From NCBI GenBank assembly GCA_050084985.1, contig JBITNC010000002.1:37138001-37202000 (forward strand): a DNA stretch of 64,000 nt, written 5' to 3'. The DNA comes from Nageia nagi (lineage: Eukaryota > Plantae > Pinophyta). The translations under genes and the position numbers were made by a program. Each line of letters begins with the position of its first letter. Positions within the stretch are counted from its first letter, which is position 1. Below, piece by piece: positions 49,564 through 61,649 of this stretch. The notes beneath the pieces are model-generated. The model was not told where the DNA came from. It ran no database searches and saw only the letters and a program-made list of their open reading frames with translations.

Positions 49564-52500
49564 GTTTGCAAATTTAAATTCCCTAGCCATTTTATTTCGC
49601 AGTAATCACGATTTGTGCTCAGATGCTTTCACTTGGACTAAAACTTCGAATCATGTTTTGATTTAACTGGATTCGATTTCTTGTAATATTTGTTGGCGCA
49701 TGTATTAGATCTCAGTTTTCAAATTTTGGAAAAAAAATCACTATAAACTTGAAAATTAATCTGAAGATGTGAATTAAAAAACTGAAAAACAATAGCGAAA
49801 TCGAGCAGTAGTAGTAAAACTGGAGATATTAGAAACGAGGCCTCACAAAGATAGGGGTGGAGTTTAGAATAATATGTTTGTAATTAGTATTTTGATTATT
49901 GATATAATCTACTGTGGTGTTTTATAGGAGCTGGCCTGTAAATTGCTGATCACCATTTTTCCAAAGTCTTGTATATACGTTGACCTACATATAAGTCTCA
50001 TATTTTTTTTTAATTGGCATATTTAGGCTTCTTCTTATCAACTGTAGCTAGAAGACCCCTTTTCAGAGAATATTTTCAAAAGTTTACAATTAATTTTCTT
50101 ATAACTTATTAGCTAAAGATGATGTTTTTAGAAAATATTTTGAAAATGTTACAATTTATTCTCTCGTAACTTCTTTTGATACTGTATGCAAATTGATAAA
50201 AAAATCTGTTTGATTTGCGTTATGACCGTATTTCGAAAAACATCAGTCAAAGGCCATTTGGTTCATATATATGAGGGATCCATGTATGGTCTTTGTAAAC
50301 TCCTGGGGAATGTAGCTGTTGTCTATTTAAGGCTGGTTATTCTTTTAACAGCTGGTAGATTTTGATAAGATTTTGGAAGTGTGATTTTGACCTTTTGCAT
50401 GGATACTTGTCAGGTTTCAATGCTAGCAAACCAACATTGATTAGGATAGAGCAAAATCTTTTCCTAGGTATAGATAATCGTTTTTGGTTTAGATAGATGG
50501 GTAACATTTAATTTACTGCTAATTTTGTGGAAAGGTGAAAGTCTAAAGTGTTAGACGATTTTTACAATGTATAATACGTGCAGGTTTCAATCCTTCAAGT
50601 ATTCCCAAGCAGTCTTCTCTTTTTCCCCTTCATGAGCTGAGATAACTTTTCATTGCTTTAGTTAGTCAAAATATTGAAAGAACTTGCTCAAACTTTCAAA
50701 TGACTTGTATATGCTTCAATAAGTTATACATGACACATGAGTGAATGAAAGCATTCATGAAAACCTTTTAAAAATCTCAGATATTCTTTTTCGACAAACC
50801 CTCATTTTTTTAAATTTGGTGAAGGGTATTTAAACTCCAGAGCCTGCATGGAAAAGTATTGGGATTGAAACTCAGACATCCACAATGGAAATTACCTATT
50901 TAAACAATCGACTTTCCATTGATAGGCCTAAAATGCTCAGAGTTATGCAAGTAGTTTTTTTGCACGAAATTGGCTGGGTATTCCCTGAATTACTCCTGAG
51001 TTGGAGAAAAACTCTTTATCTTTTCTGATTTACATCAACAATAAGAGATTTGGTTAAACCAACTAAGCATGCTGTCTAGGATGGGACAAAAAATGCCAAA
51101 CTTACCATTACCTCTACTTTCGTGAAGCTAAGATTATTAAGCTTTAACCATTTGAAGGCCTGTGGAGGTTACAGGCATTGCCTGGCTTGCAATGGCCAGT
51201 GTGTATTATTCCCAATTAGAGAATTTTTGAGTAGTTGCTCTTTAAGTTTTTGTCTCCTTATAAGGAGGTTAGCATTTGCACCTGCCATTGTTGATTTAAA
51301 ATCTTGTGGGCAAAACAAGCCCCATGAGAGGGGAGTTTCAAACAAAAGAATTTGACAACCTGGATTCATGTAGCCAAGGATTTACTAAAGGAAATATTGA
51401 AATATGTTCTACAAGTTTTATTACCTTTGTAGCTGATGGTTTCCTCTTGAAAAGAAATGCAAAATATGCTGTTTTTTGGTTTTCTGTGCTGGTCCCAAAA
51501 CACAAAATGAGTCGACCATGTTGGCCCCAACATTGAAAAAAATTGCTATATTTATTTTTGTTTTAATAATTTTCTTGGCCATTATGTTGTTGTAATTTAT
51601 CAGAGGGGGGGAAGCAAAGATCAGAGGATGGCGGGCTTGATGATGCCTTGAAATTTGAATATTATCATGTCACTTTGCTCCTCCCTTCTGCAACCCTTTT
51701 CTGCCCTTTCACGTCTGGACATCTTCCCTCCCCTTTTTCTCAAATCTCTGTTCTTCTCTACTGTACGAATGATGCTTTCTTCTGTTTCAATCCTCCAATG
51801 AAACCTTGTATACCCTCCATTCGGATTTAATGATCGTAGTTGGAACATGTAGTTTGAGATTTGCTGGAATCGAAGAACCCTAGTTCATAGACAGAAACAC
51901 TGCATTTGTTCTCTAAAGTATTATTATTACTTTTTGTTGTTTAGATAATATGTAAAGAATTTTTTTATATTAATGAATTTTATTAATTTGTATATTTTAT
52001 GTTAATATCTTAAATCTAGACAATATATATATATATATGTACGGACCATTTATTATGGGCAACCTAAATTTTAATCGCTACACATTTCTTGTTTTTGGTA
52101 ACTATGGGTTGTAGCCTGTAGGTCTGTAGAAACGCATCTTATTTTAATTTGTCTAACATTTTATCTGATGACTTGTGTTGAGGTTATGCACCACCTTACA
52201 AATTCTGAGAATGTTCTCACAAATATCTGTCGTTTTTAGTACACCACAACACCTTGGAAAAGATGATATTATAATTTTTCTTTTACATTTTTTTACATCT
52301 GTTTGTGAGAATAAATCTCTACTAGCGGTAATGAATGCTATTTTTTCTTGAGAGGAATGAAACCCTTCCATTATCACTTGGTGTTACAATTTTTCACCAT
52401 GGAATTAAATTTTCATTTTAAGGCCTTCTACAATAGCCACTTAAACTCCCACACCATCTGTATTTATAGTGCATGGATAGCCTTTCATGCTTGAAGAGCT

Positions 52501-55500
52501 GAGCGCTTTTGCTGCTTGGCCTCCTCAGATGCCCTTGAAAGGCATAGAAGATGCAGAGGTTGGGACAAACTCCAGTGATAGTATACTTTAACTCCCATCA
52601 GTGATTCTCGATCTCATTCTTCACATCCCAATTCTCTGCTGGAGCTGGGAGAGGACCACATTAATCTCTCTTAAAGTATTGGTAATATTTTCATCTAGAT
52701 TCTTAATTTGTTTGCAAACTCCGTTGTTTGCAACTTGTACATGTAGCACAAAAGCTTCAAATCTGTTAATTCATTTCCTTCCTCAGGTCATCCAACTGCA
52801 TGTACATTTTTGTTGAAGCACCTCATTTAATTTCACAACTCTTTGTTTAGGACCTCCTTCATATAGCTCATGCAGGTATAACGATATTGCGATTCCTTTA
52901 CTGAATGTGCCTGGTCTTTCATGGAGTAATTGATGGAAGATGCTTGTATATTTTACTCCATAGAATAGTTAACTGGGGAAGTGGGTATTACTTTCAGTGC
53001 AGAATCTCTCATTTCAATGTGTACTTCCTGCTAATGACATGCATATTCCAGCACTACAGTCAAGTGGGAGGAGGAAGACACATTTTTCTTTCACTATTTC
53101 TTTACTTTGATTTGTGGATTTTCAATTTCCTTCTTTCCTTGACCTATGTTTTGATTCTTAGGCGTATGCCACCAAGGAGGCTTGAGTGGCCTAGAATTAA
53201 CAACTGCCATGCCCCTCTTCCAGCACCGGAGGGTTTCCATTGATTAGTTTCTCATGGTGGATTTAGTAAGGCTTGGCCAGTGATAATAGATACTCCCTTT
53301 CTTTTAATAACTAGCCTAGAAGATACAATAGTCCATAACATCGCCATCAAGTTGTGCTACCAATGTTGCATCAAAGGCAGATACTCTGTGTGATATTTTG
53401 ATTTGCGAATCTGAGGTTACATCACCATCCTTAATTTCCTTGTTTACCCTACTTTTATTGAACAGATATGAATGGCCCTTGTTTATATTCTATAATTTTT
53501 AGTCATTTGTGAGAAATAAATCTATATCTATGGACCTGAATACTGTCAGTTTCATGTTTGTAGACTATAGTTTATGCTAAATGTGTATATTATATAACTA
53601 TGGCATTCATTTTGATTTGGGACTTGGTGGAATTAAAATTGATAGGTAGTTTAATTCATCATTGATGATCACTAATATTTTGTATTGTGATTTTTATTTA
53701 TTTAAAGAATTTATTTTGTTAATAAATACATATTTATTTGTATATGGTCCTGCTATACCTTTGACATCCCCCAAATTTTTGGGTGCTTCGAAATTTTAGC
53801 CACAGCCAAAACATTTCCTTATATATTTTTCTTGTAGAACTTTAGGAACAATGATATTTTTTGGGCTTTAGCAGGTCAAGAATATCTAAAATATATTACA
53901 AGACTTCAAATTCATAATCCACAGAGTGTCGTTGCTAGATAACGCTGGCGGTCCTATCTGCCACAACACAAAGGAACAGCTTTCATGCTGTTACTATTTC
54001 AGAAAAGGCTTTTTCTTTGATTAATAAATAAAAACAATCATTGTCCATGTTCCATCGACAGAAATTGCTTCAAACAATGGATTTATTTGTTGGAAATGAT
54101 TTTACTTTGGGACCACTCGTAAGCTGTTAAAACTTAAGGGTTCTGGTTGCTGGTATTTCATTTATTAGTCTTCAAAGAGAGATGTATTTCTTCTATTTTT
54201 CAAGCTTGTGACTGACAATTATTTGGATTTATGAAGTTCATCCTGATATTGATCTATTTGTCTATTAGTGCAACTATGAATTCATTATCTAGTATCACCA
54301 CTGTGGCTCAAACTGAAAATCTGAGTGTATGCTGGTTAACATTATGCAGGAGCAGTGATGGTTACACAATTATTGGCAGAGTCAAAACAGAAGGTACATA
54401 TTTGTATAAACTGATCTCTAGCATTGTTCTTATTTTGATCGAGGACTTTTCTCCTTAAACTTTAAATAATAATATAAATTCATATGCAAGTCAACCTGAA
54501 ACTACTAAAAAAAAATAATATATTTTTGTATTTCTGGGTTAGAACTACAAGTTTATCCATGCAGTTTCAGCTTTGAGTTATCTGCATTAATCATAAGTGT
54601 CCATTGTTCTCATTAACTATTCTGACTAACCTTAGTATTGCCCTTGTCAGCCTTTGGAGGGAAAAGCATGGGTATTCCCAGCAAAACTGCAAATGTCAAG
54701 GTCATACTCAACGGAGGAGAGACTGTTTCTTTCATCAGACCAGATGGCTATTTCTCTTTGTATCCTTGATACAATTAGCATCCTTTTTCATTGTTTTTAT
54801 TACTGATGCTATTTGATTTCACAGGCAGAGTTTTTGCATTGACACTTGGATTTAGACATGTTTGAAGATTCTGGAGCTAGTTGGTTTTTAGTTGATCTTG
54901 GTTTTCTTTTGAATTTTCTAAAACTTAGTATTTATGTAAAAGAAAGAAGCTGCATTTCCTCAGAAACTGAATTTTAGTTTTTTTTCTCTATTTTATATCT
55001 ATGAATATTTCCCTTAATTCATACAAATGTGTCGTAGGTCATGGAAACACTCATTCCCTTATACAATATATTTTTAAACATAGTTCTTGTTTCACTTCAG
55101 AAGACTTGAGTCATAATATGTACTATGATGTTGGCATCCTTGAAAAATGAAACAAAATACTAGAAATTCAAGCTACTGGCAGTGCTTTTAAAAGAAGTTT
55201 ATTCTTATCTGTTTATAGTCTCAGAAGGCCTTTCTAAAGTTAGACTCAACCACTTGAATGGGCGACCCATTCAAAATGACTTTCCTTGCTTGAAAGTTAG
55301 ATGATTGACCGGGCTTGTGCATTGACTTGATCTCTCATGATGTTTGTAGGGCATGTTTTGTCTTTAAAGCTGAATGATTCGCTTCTGAGCCAATTTTGAA
55401 TTTGATTGATATGCATTATGAACAAATCACTCTGTCTGTTGCATATTTCCCACCTTTTGCAGTCCTCCCAATGTGAATGCAAGAGACTGACACACAACTC

Positions 55501-58500
55501 AACAAGGGATACACAACATGATACTCGAATAAGATCTCCTGAGTTAAATTGAGTTGCAGGCTTTTAACGTCAGAGTGTATCACACTATAGGGCTTACTAA
55601 CAACATAAAAGTGACTGTAGCAGAACAAATACTTATATAGTATTATATTTGCTTAGATGGATGTTCACTATACTCATGCAGCTTACTCTTGGTTGAGATT
55701 GAGGATTATCCACCTTTCTCACAGCTTTGCTTATGGCAGACTGTTGATTTCCCACTTCAACACAGACTGATGCAAGCTTTATAACTTTATACATATATAC
55801 ACAGCTTTGGATCTTGAAAGAGTAAAGATCCGGTTCACTCTCCTTTATTCTTCATTTGTCCAGACTAGAAACAAACAGGTGTTTGCACAAAAACAGGTTG
55901 TAATAGAAGGGCACAATACACACTTTAAAACACAAAAGGTGACACATAGAAGAAGACAAAATACAAAAGTGAAGACACAACAAACATGTTGGAGATATAC
56001 AGATTATATTCATCCATTTTCACTGTCATGGGAAATGACTTGGGAAAGTTTTTATTCCTCTTAATATTCATCTGAAATGTTTGAAGCAATTGCTTCTCAT
56101 TGTATTCTTGGTTGTTTTCTAGCAACTTATACAGATTATATTCATCCATTTTCACTGTCAGGGGAAACAACTTGGGAAAGGTTTTATTCCTCTCAATATT
56201 CCTCTGAAATGTTTGAAGTAATTGCTTCTCATTGTATTCTTGGCTGTTTTCTAGCAAGTATACAATGCATTTTTGTTAGAATATAGACTTGTATTACATC
56301 ATGAATCTATTATGAGGTATATGGGCAAATAAACAGATAATATTATTAGTTTAGTAAGGGAAATTAGCACTCAACTACCTAAACCTCCACCACCGCCATG
56401 TATAAAACATATTGATGTTAATGATGTGGATATTGTTCATCAGAATGAAAAAAGTGCTAGGCAGAATACTCATTTGCAATGCTCATTAACATCATATGAA
56501 CTAAGTTTCTTATGATGTGTATATTGTTTAAAGTCGTTATTCAATAATCAATTCCAGGTCCTAGTACTAACTGTTTCATAAGAATTTTTCTTCTGGACTC
56601 ATTCAGACTTTTTGAATTTAGCAGAATAGAGTCTGAGACTTTCATTGTTTGATTGTGTGGTTCTAGTTTTTTTGTCCTGTTGGTTGATGTTGTCTAGCCG
56701 TGCACTTGTCTTAATTGTAAGTCCAGGGTTGACTCTCTGAAACTAAGCCATTCCCTGAACTGTTAGTTGACCCAGTTATGATCATCTTTTGGAGCTGCCC
56801 ATAAATGCAAACATACTAAGCCATTCCCATCACTATAACTAGTGACAGTGATCTACATAAATATGATAAGAGTTTCATGTGATTATAAAGTAAAGAGAAA
56901 ATTAGATTTATTACAAGCTAATGGAGGCACTTGTGTCTCAGACTGAAGGATAATCACAGTATGTAGAATCCTACTTGTTAATATTAAGAAACTAAATTTG
57001 TTCTACTATGTTAGTGTTCCTACTAACTGTTTCCATATTCTTATTTAGTGGAATCATCCTACCACATTGTTAGAGAAATGGGATTTTTACATGTATTAAT
57101 TAATTCAATTTCGTATAACTATTAGTTTCATTCCTCCAACCAAGCTTCAGAGTAGATCAAACCTTTTCCAATCAATATAGGTGCAATGTATATTTCTTTG
57201 GAGTTTCTTGAGTTCTAGTTTATTCATTCTTAATGCAAATTTCAGGCATGTGATCTTTTGTTTTTCTGAAGCATGTTTTATGTTTTTAGTTGTGTCTACA
57301 AATTGTTGGTTCTATGTTTTAAATTTGGAAAAAATATTTTCTTAACCATTGTACAAGCTATGGTGTGCCAGCTGGAACTCATCTGATTGAAGTGTTTGCA
57401 ATAGGCTATTTCTTCTCACCAGTATGATTTCTTTCCTCTCACTGTACAAATTTTTGTTACGATTTATTTGACAGTGTGTATGCAAGTGATAACCATGTTT
57501 TCTTTACCTTAAGTGAAGTGCCAGTAGAGCCTGTATATTTCAATCTCCTAATCCATGGATATGCTTGTGGAGAAAAATTTGACCACTCTTTGATTTTTTT
57601 TGTGACATATGCATTACATTGTAATTTAACAGGCCCAGTTAGTTCTAACTTCTACCATGTGTTTATCTGAACATCCATTCATAGTAGGTTGTTTCAAACT
57701 GGATCATAACTCAATTTGGCTATTCCTTGAAAACTAAAGGTGAATATTTGAAAATGACATCTTTGTTGCTGATGATATGTGACATTCTAATGTTTGCACT
57801 CTTAGGCCATACTACAACTTGAGAAGATTCCAGGAAAATCAATAGACATTCTTGGCATTCAAGAGCAGCATGGAATGGTTTTGCTCTGTGTGCTTGTCCT
57901 TATTGACATGTGACTTGAAAAACAATCAGTATATGAATTTAAATTCTTTATTATCAGTTTCAACTATTAGAGTTCGAGTTGAGGGAAAATGGACAATGAA
58001 GACAGTGGGCCCATTTAATGGTGGTTATAGCCCGTTATGTAATTGTAAACATATTAGTACTGCATGCAAAGCAAACAGTTAACATTTGAGAGGTGAAGGA
58101 ATTTCCAAGATAAATATGGGAAAATCTTACAATGGTTTTCAGCCTGTAGGAGGCTAATTTAATAGAGATTTAGGTGCTTAAATATGAGGATCAGACTAGT
58201 TCTCTATATCCTTCTTGAGTTTCACCTTGTTTAGACATGTCAATAAACCTCCTAATGAATTGGTTGTGTAATTTATCTGGGATTTAGTAGTTGATCTTGT
58301 TTGGTGCACAAGTATTGTTACCCTCCCACATGTTGTGCACTGAGATATTCAATAAACAACTATGTAGATGTAAGTAGTCTGATGTAATTGGATTTCTTGT
58401 TTTGAAGTTATTTTGAAGTTTCAAAAATTTAGAACAACAGATTTTCCTTGAGAATACAACTTCTATAAACTTTTCCCTAGTGCTTGTTAAGAAACTAGAA

Positions 58501-60199
58501 GATAAGTAAATAATTTAACAAACTTATGGTACAAGATTTTCTATTTGGATTGTTGAAATTTAACAAACTTACACGATTGTTTTCAAAATTTTCATCACTT
58601 AGTGATTCTCTACTATAATTTGGTCATTCTTTCTTTGGGTGCAATGGCCACCTCTGACAGGAGAAAGAACCTTTGTTTTGAACAGGGAGGATTAATGCAT
58701 GCACGCCTTCATCATCGAAATATCAAGTTGATACAATGCTCACTTTAAGCCATAGTAAACCATTTCTTCTGTCATAATCGTAATGGAAGTGTATTTTTGG
58801 AAAATAAATAATATTATCATACAAAATCTAATCTCTGTTAGAACAATTTTGCACTGGTGTATTTGGCCCAGGGAAGGTAAAGGATTGGTAAAAGTCCGAT
58901 ATCCTAGGTATTTGTTTAAAGTTATTGACTTATATACGGCATATCCTTTATGTAGATTTTTATTTCAGATTAGTATATCTTGTTCCCCTGGAGTGATCCT
59001 GGTAATAACAGTAGAAAATAAATAATAATCAATTTGAGTTCCTTCTATGTAATTGTCATTGGCATGTTAGAAAATAGACCTATTAATTGGATTACATGTG
59101 CCTATTTTTCAAAAGTCCGTAATAATGGGTTAGCATATGGTAATTTCTCTGCAGGAATTATAAAGCCTGTCATTTTCAATAGTGTTCATAATAAAATGTG
59201 CCTGAGTAGTTAAATTTGATTTGTATGGACCATGGTAATCACTTCATGGGTTTTTCCTGTTTGGCATTGTGTCAAGTAGAAGCTGAATTTTTTTTTGCAT
59301 GAAGAGAAGTTCCTTCTGGAATTTGGAAAGCTTTTAATTTTTATTAAGAGATTCCAATTATTTATTGCCCACATGGCCTAATTATTTCTGTAAATACTAC
59401 TTTGGACTTCCATTCAGCTGTCAGTACCATGCATGAAACATTAGCGTCACTGCAAAGGCCTATTGCTTATATTCATTGCATATAAGCCACACCTGACTAC
59501 TGTTATCCACTTTTTCTATTAAGGGTAGAATGCAATTATTATCAAGGATTGGGTTTTTTTTCACTTCTAAGTTAATTTTTTAAATGCAAATAAGAAACGT
59601 TCTACACATATTAAATTTTATTCACTTGGGTTTTCAGGTACGAGTTGATGTTAGTGCCAGATTACATGGAAAGGTTCAAGCTTACCAAACAGAAAATCGA
59701 AGGCTTCTGACCGATCTGGTCCTTGAACCAATGCGAGAGGAACAATACTATGAGGTAAGTCTTTTAAAATTTTTTCTTAATAACCATTTGTAACAGTTTC
59801 AATCATGCTCCTGACAAAGCTGACTTGAGTGTACCGAATGATCATATTCACAGGAAACTAGGATAAGACTCATTTTCAATAATAGTTGTCTGATCTATTC
59901 TTTGGTTTTACAGAAGAGGGAACCTTTCTCTGTACTTTCACTTCTCAAGAGCCCAATGGGTCTAATGGTGGGCTTTATGGTGGTGGTTGTGTTTCTATTG
60001 CCAAAATTGATGGAAAGCATAGGTAAGCCCTCTGTACTCTTTATTGTCTTTCATAACCATTTTTAAGGCATGTATCCAAGGTTGAGCTTAAATATTTACT
60101 ATCTATGACAGACCGGAGGAGATGAAAAGGGCACAAGAAGAAATGAGAAACCAACCTGCACCATCATTTTCCAATCTTCTACAGGGAAGGACAAGTTGA
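49455..60199 (+). CDS. EMC7: ER membrane protein complex subunit 7 homolog (~210 aa); exons 49455-49563, 54350-54393, 54651-54759, 57358-57421, 59638-59754, 59914-60022, 60112-60199; two apparent 1-nt frameshifts
   Basis: Spliced product: signal peptide; SSDGYTIIGRVK; NVKVILNGGETVSFIRPDGYFSFYGVPAGTHLIEVFAIGYFFSPVRVDVSAR; LVLEPMREEQYYEKREPFSVLSLLKSPMGLMVGFMVVVVFLLPKLMESI; (D)PEEMKRAQEEMRNQPAPSFSNLL. This closely matches plant EMC7. Confidence 0.9.
54350..54393 (+). CDS. EMC7: EMC7 exon 2
   Basis: tgcag|GAGCAGTGAT...GAAG|gtacat; SSDGYTIIGRVKTE. Confidence 0.9.
54651..54759 (+). CDS. EMC7: EMC7 exon 3
   Basis: gtcag|CCTTT...TCTTT|gtatcctt; NVKVILNGGETVSFIRPDGYFSF. Confidence 0.92.
54760..57357 (+). 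other. U12-type (minor spliceosome) GT-AG intron, 2598 bp
   Basis: Donor GTATCCTT; branch site TTCTTAAC at 57339-57346, 11 nt before the AAG| acceptor; no polypyrimidine tract. Confidence 0.88.
55996..56264. repeat. 132-bp tandem duplication within the U12 intron
   Basis: TATACAGATTATATTCATCCATTTTCACTGTCA starts at 55996 and 56128. Confidence 0.92.
57358..57421 (+). CDS. EMC7: EMC7 exon 4
   Basis: YGVPAGTHLIEVFAIGYFFSP|gtatga. Confidence 0.92.
59638..59754 (+). CDS. EMC7: EMC7 exon 5
   Basis: ttcag|VRVDVSARLHGKVQAYQTENRRLLTDLVLEPMREEQYYE|gtaagt. Confidence 0.95.
59914..60022 (+). CDS. EMC7: EMC7 exon 6 (transmembrane helix)
   Basis: tacag|KREPFSVLSLLKSPMGLMVGFMVVVVFLLPKLMESI|gtaagc. Confidence 0.95.
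60112..60199 (+). CDS. EMC7: EMC7 exon 7 (terminal; 1-nt deletion at its start)
   Basis: gacag|ACCGGAGGAGATG; the conserved PEEMKRAQEEMRNQPAPSFSNLLQGRTS* lies one base out of frame. Confidence 0.85.
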
Positions 60200-61649
60200 T
60201 GGAATTTACAATACAAAGTGGGTGTCTTTTCATGTCAAGTATGAATTTGTTTTGCTAATTATTTCTGGTGGGTTAGGAGTCGTCTTCTTTTGGAGAGGCT
60301 GGATCATATGAATTCAGAGTCGCAACTTAAATTGATAAATTTTCTTGATGCTGCACATTAAAATATATGGATATTGACTGCAAGGATGACTTTGTACAGG
60401 TGTTCAGTACTAAGATACGTTATTTGTGGCACTTATGATATTAATCATTTCCTGATTTTGATCACGGATATTTGTGGAAAGCTATATTTATGTCTCCAAA
60501 CTAAAGAAATTTAAGAATATAGCGCTTTGGATATTTCTATATTCGAATGGAAAATGAGGGATCCTTAGGCAAGGAAAATGCCATTTAAAAACAGTTACAA
60601 AAAAGTAAAATCTTATTGTTTTAAGTTTGTATCACCTTAAAAGTATGTAGTTTTCGGTATCAAGAATATATAATTTCTCAAATTTTTATCTTTATTATCG
60701 AGAGGTATTCTTTAGCTGCAGCACAGGATGGAGTGAAGAGTCAAATGTCGCATGAGAGTCCGTCCATTAAACGTCGGTTTCAATCTTTAAAAAAATTAAT
60801 CGATTTTATTATTTAAAAACAAAGTTGACTTCAAAAATATAATTACAACATCAGAATAGCAAATAAAATAAATAATATATAACATTAAATAAAATAAATT
60901 AATATATAAATCAATAAATTAGCATTAAAATAAATACCAAGAAATATCAATAAATGAGATAGATGTGTAGGGAATGATATCTCTCATGTTTTTTTGATAT
61001 ATAAAGAGGTATATCAAAATTAGTTTAACTATCGTTATCATCTTTTAAAATAAGTGAATGCACACATGCTTGAACATTTAGGTTCTAAATATTAATTCTT
61101 ATAAATTGAAATGCTAAAAAATAGAAAGAGAATATTATTGCTGAGTATGTTTTACTTGGATGTCTTTTATTTCTAAATAACATGGAAACAATTTTACATG
61201 TACACAATTGAGAGGGAAGATAATATCATAGTAAAGCCATTAATTACCATAATTCTAGGAGAGGTCTTATTACATTAAGTATTAAATACATATAATTCAA
61301 CATTTTAAATGATTAATAAATTAGAAGATACAATATCATATTGATGTTTGAATGAAATAACTAATGATATACTGTTCTGAAAGTCATTGGATGTTTTTAA
61401 ATAAGAATTATATAGAAGATAGTTTTTGGTTACAAATAAATAGTTCAACTTATAATTAATATAATAATATTATACAATTATCATACGATTTTAGTTACCT
61501 TTAGACAAGAAATTAAAGATAATTATAAATATTATTATCTACCATTCCCACAAGCTAGTGACAAAATTAATTTATTGTTTAGATAATTTTATGTTTTTAC
61601 TTAGAATGGTTGTATTATTATTGACGTATATGATGTATAAGCTATTTTG

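Noticed and set aside
51628-51830. Alternative EMC7 first exon (MAGLMMP*NLNIIMSLCSSLL...)
   Set aside because: In-frame stop and no convincing phase-2 donor; the 49455 exon is a much better signal peptide.
52400-53440. Coding-like minus-strand stretch in EMC7 intron 1
   Set aside because: Many stops and no identifiable domain; probably an old TE relic that I cannot assign.
55254-55274. 9-bp perfect hairpin TTGAATGGG-CGA-CCCATTCAA
   Set aside because: Too short for a miRNA precursor and could arise by chance in 64 kb.
55925-56286. 110-aa ORF with a 44-aa repeat inside the EMC7 intron
   Set aside because: Product of the 132-bp tandem duplication; no recognisable domain.
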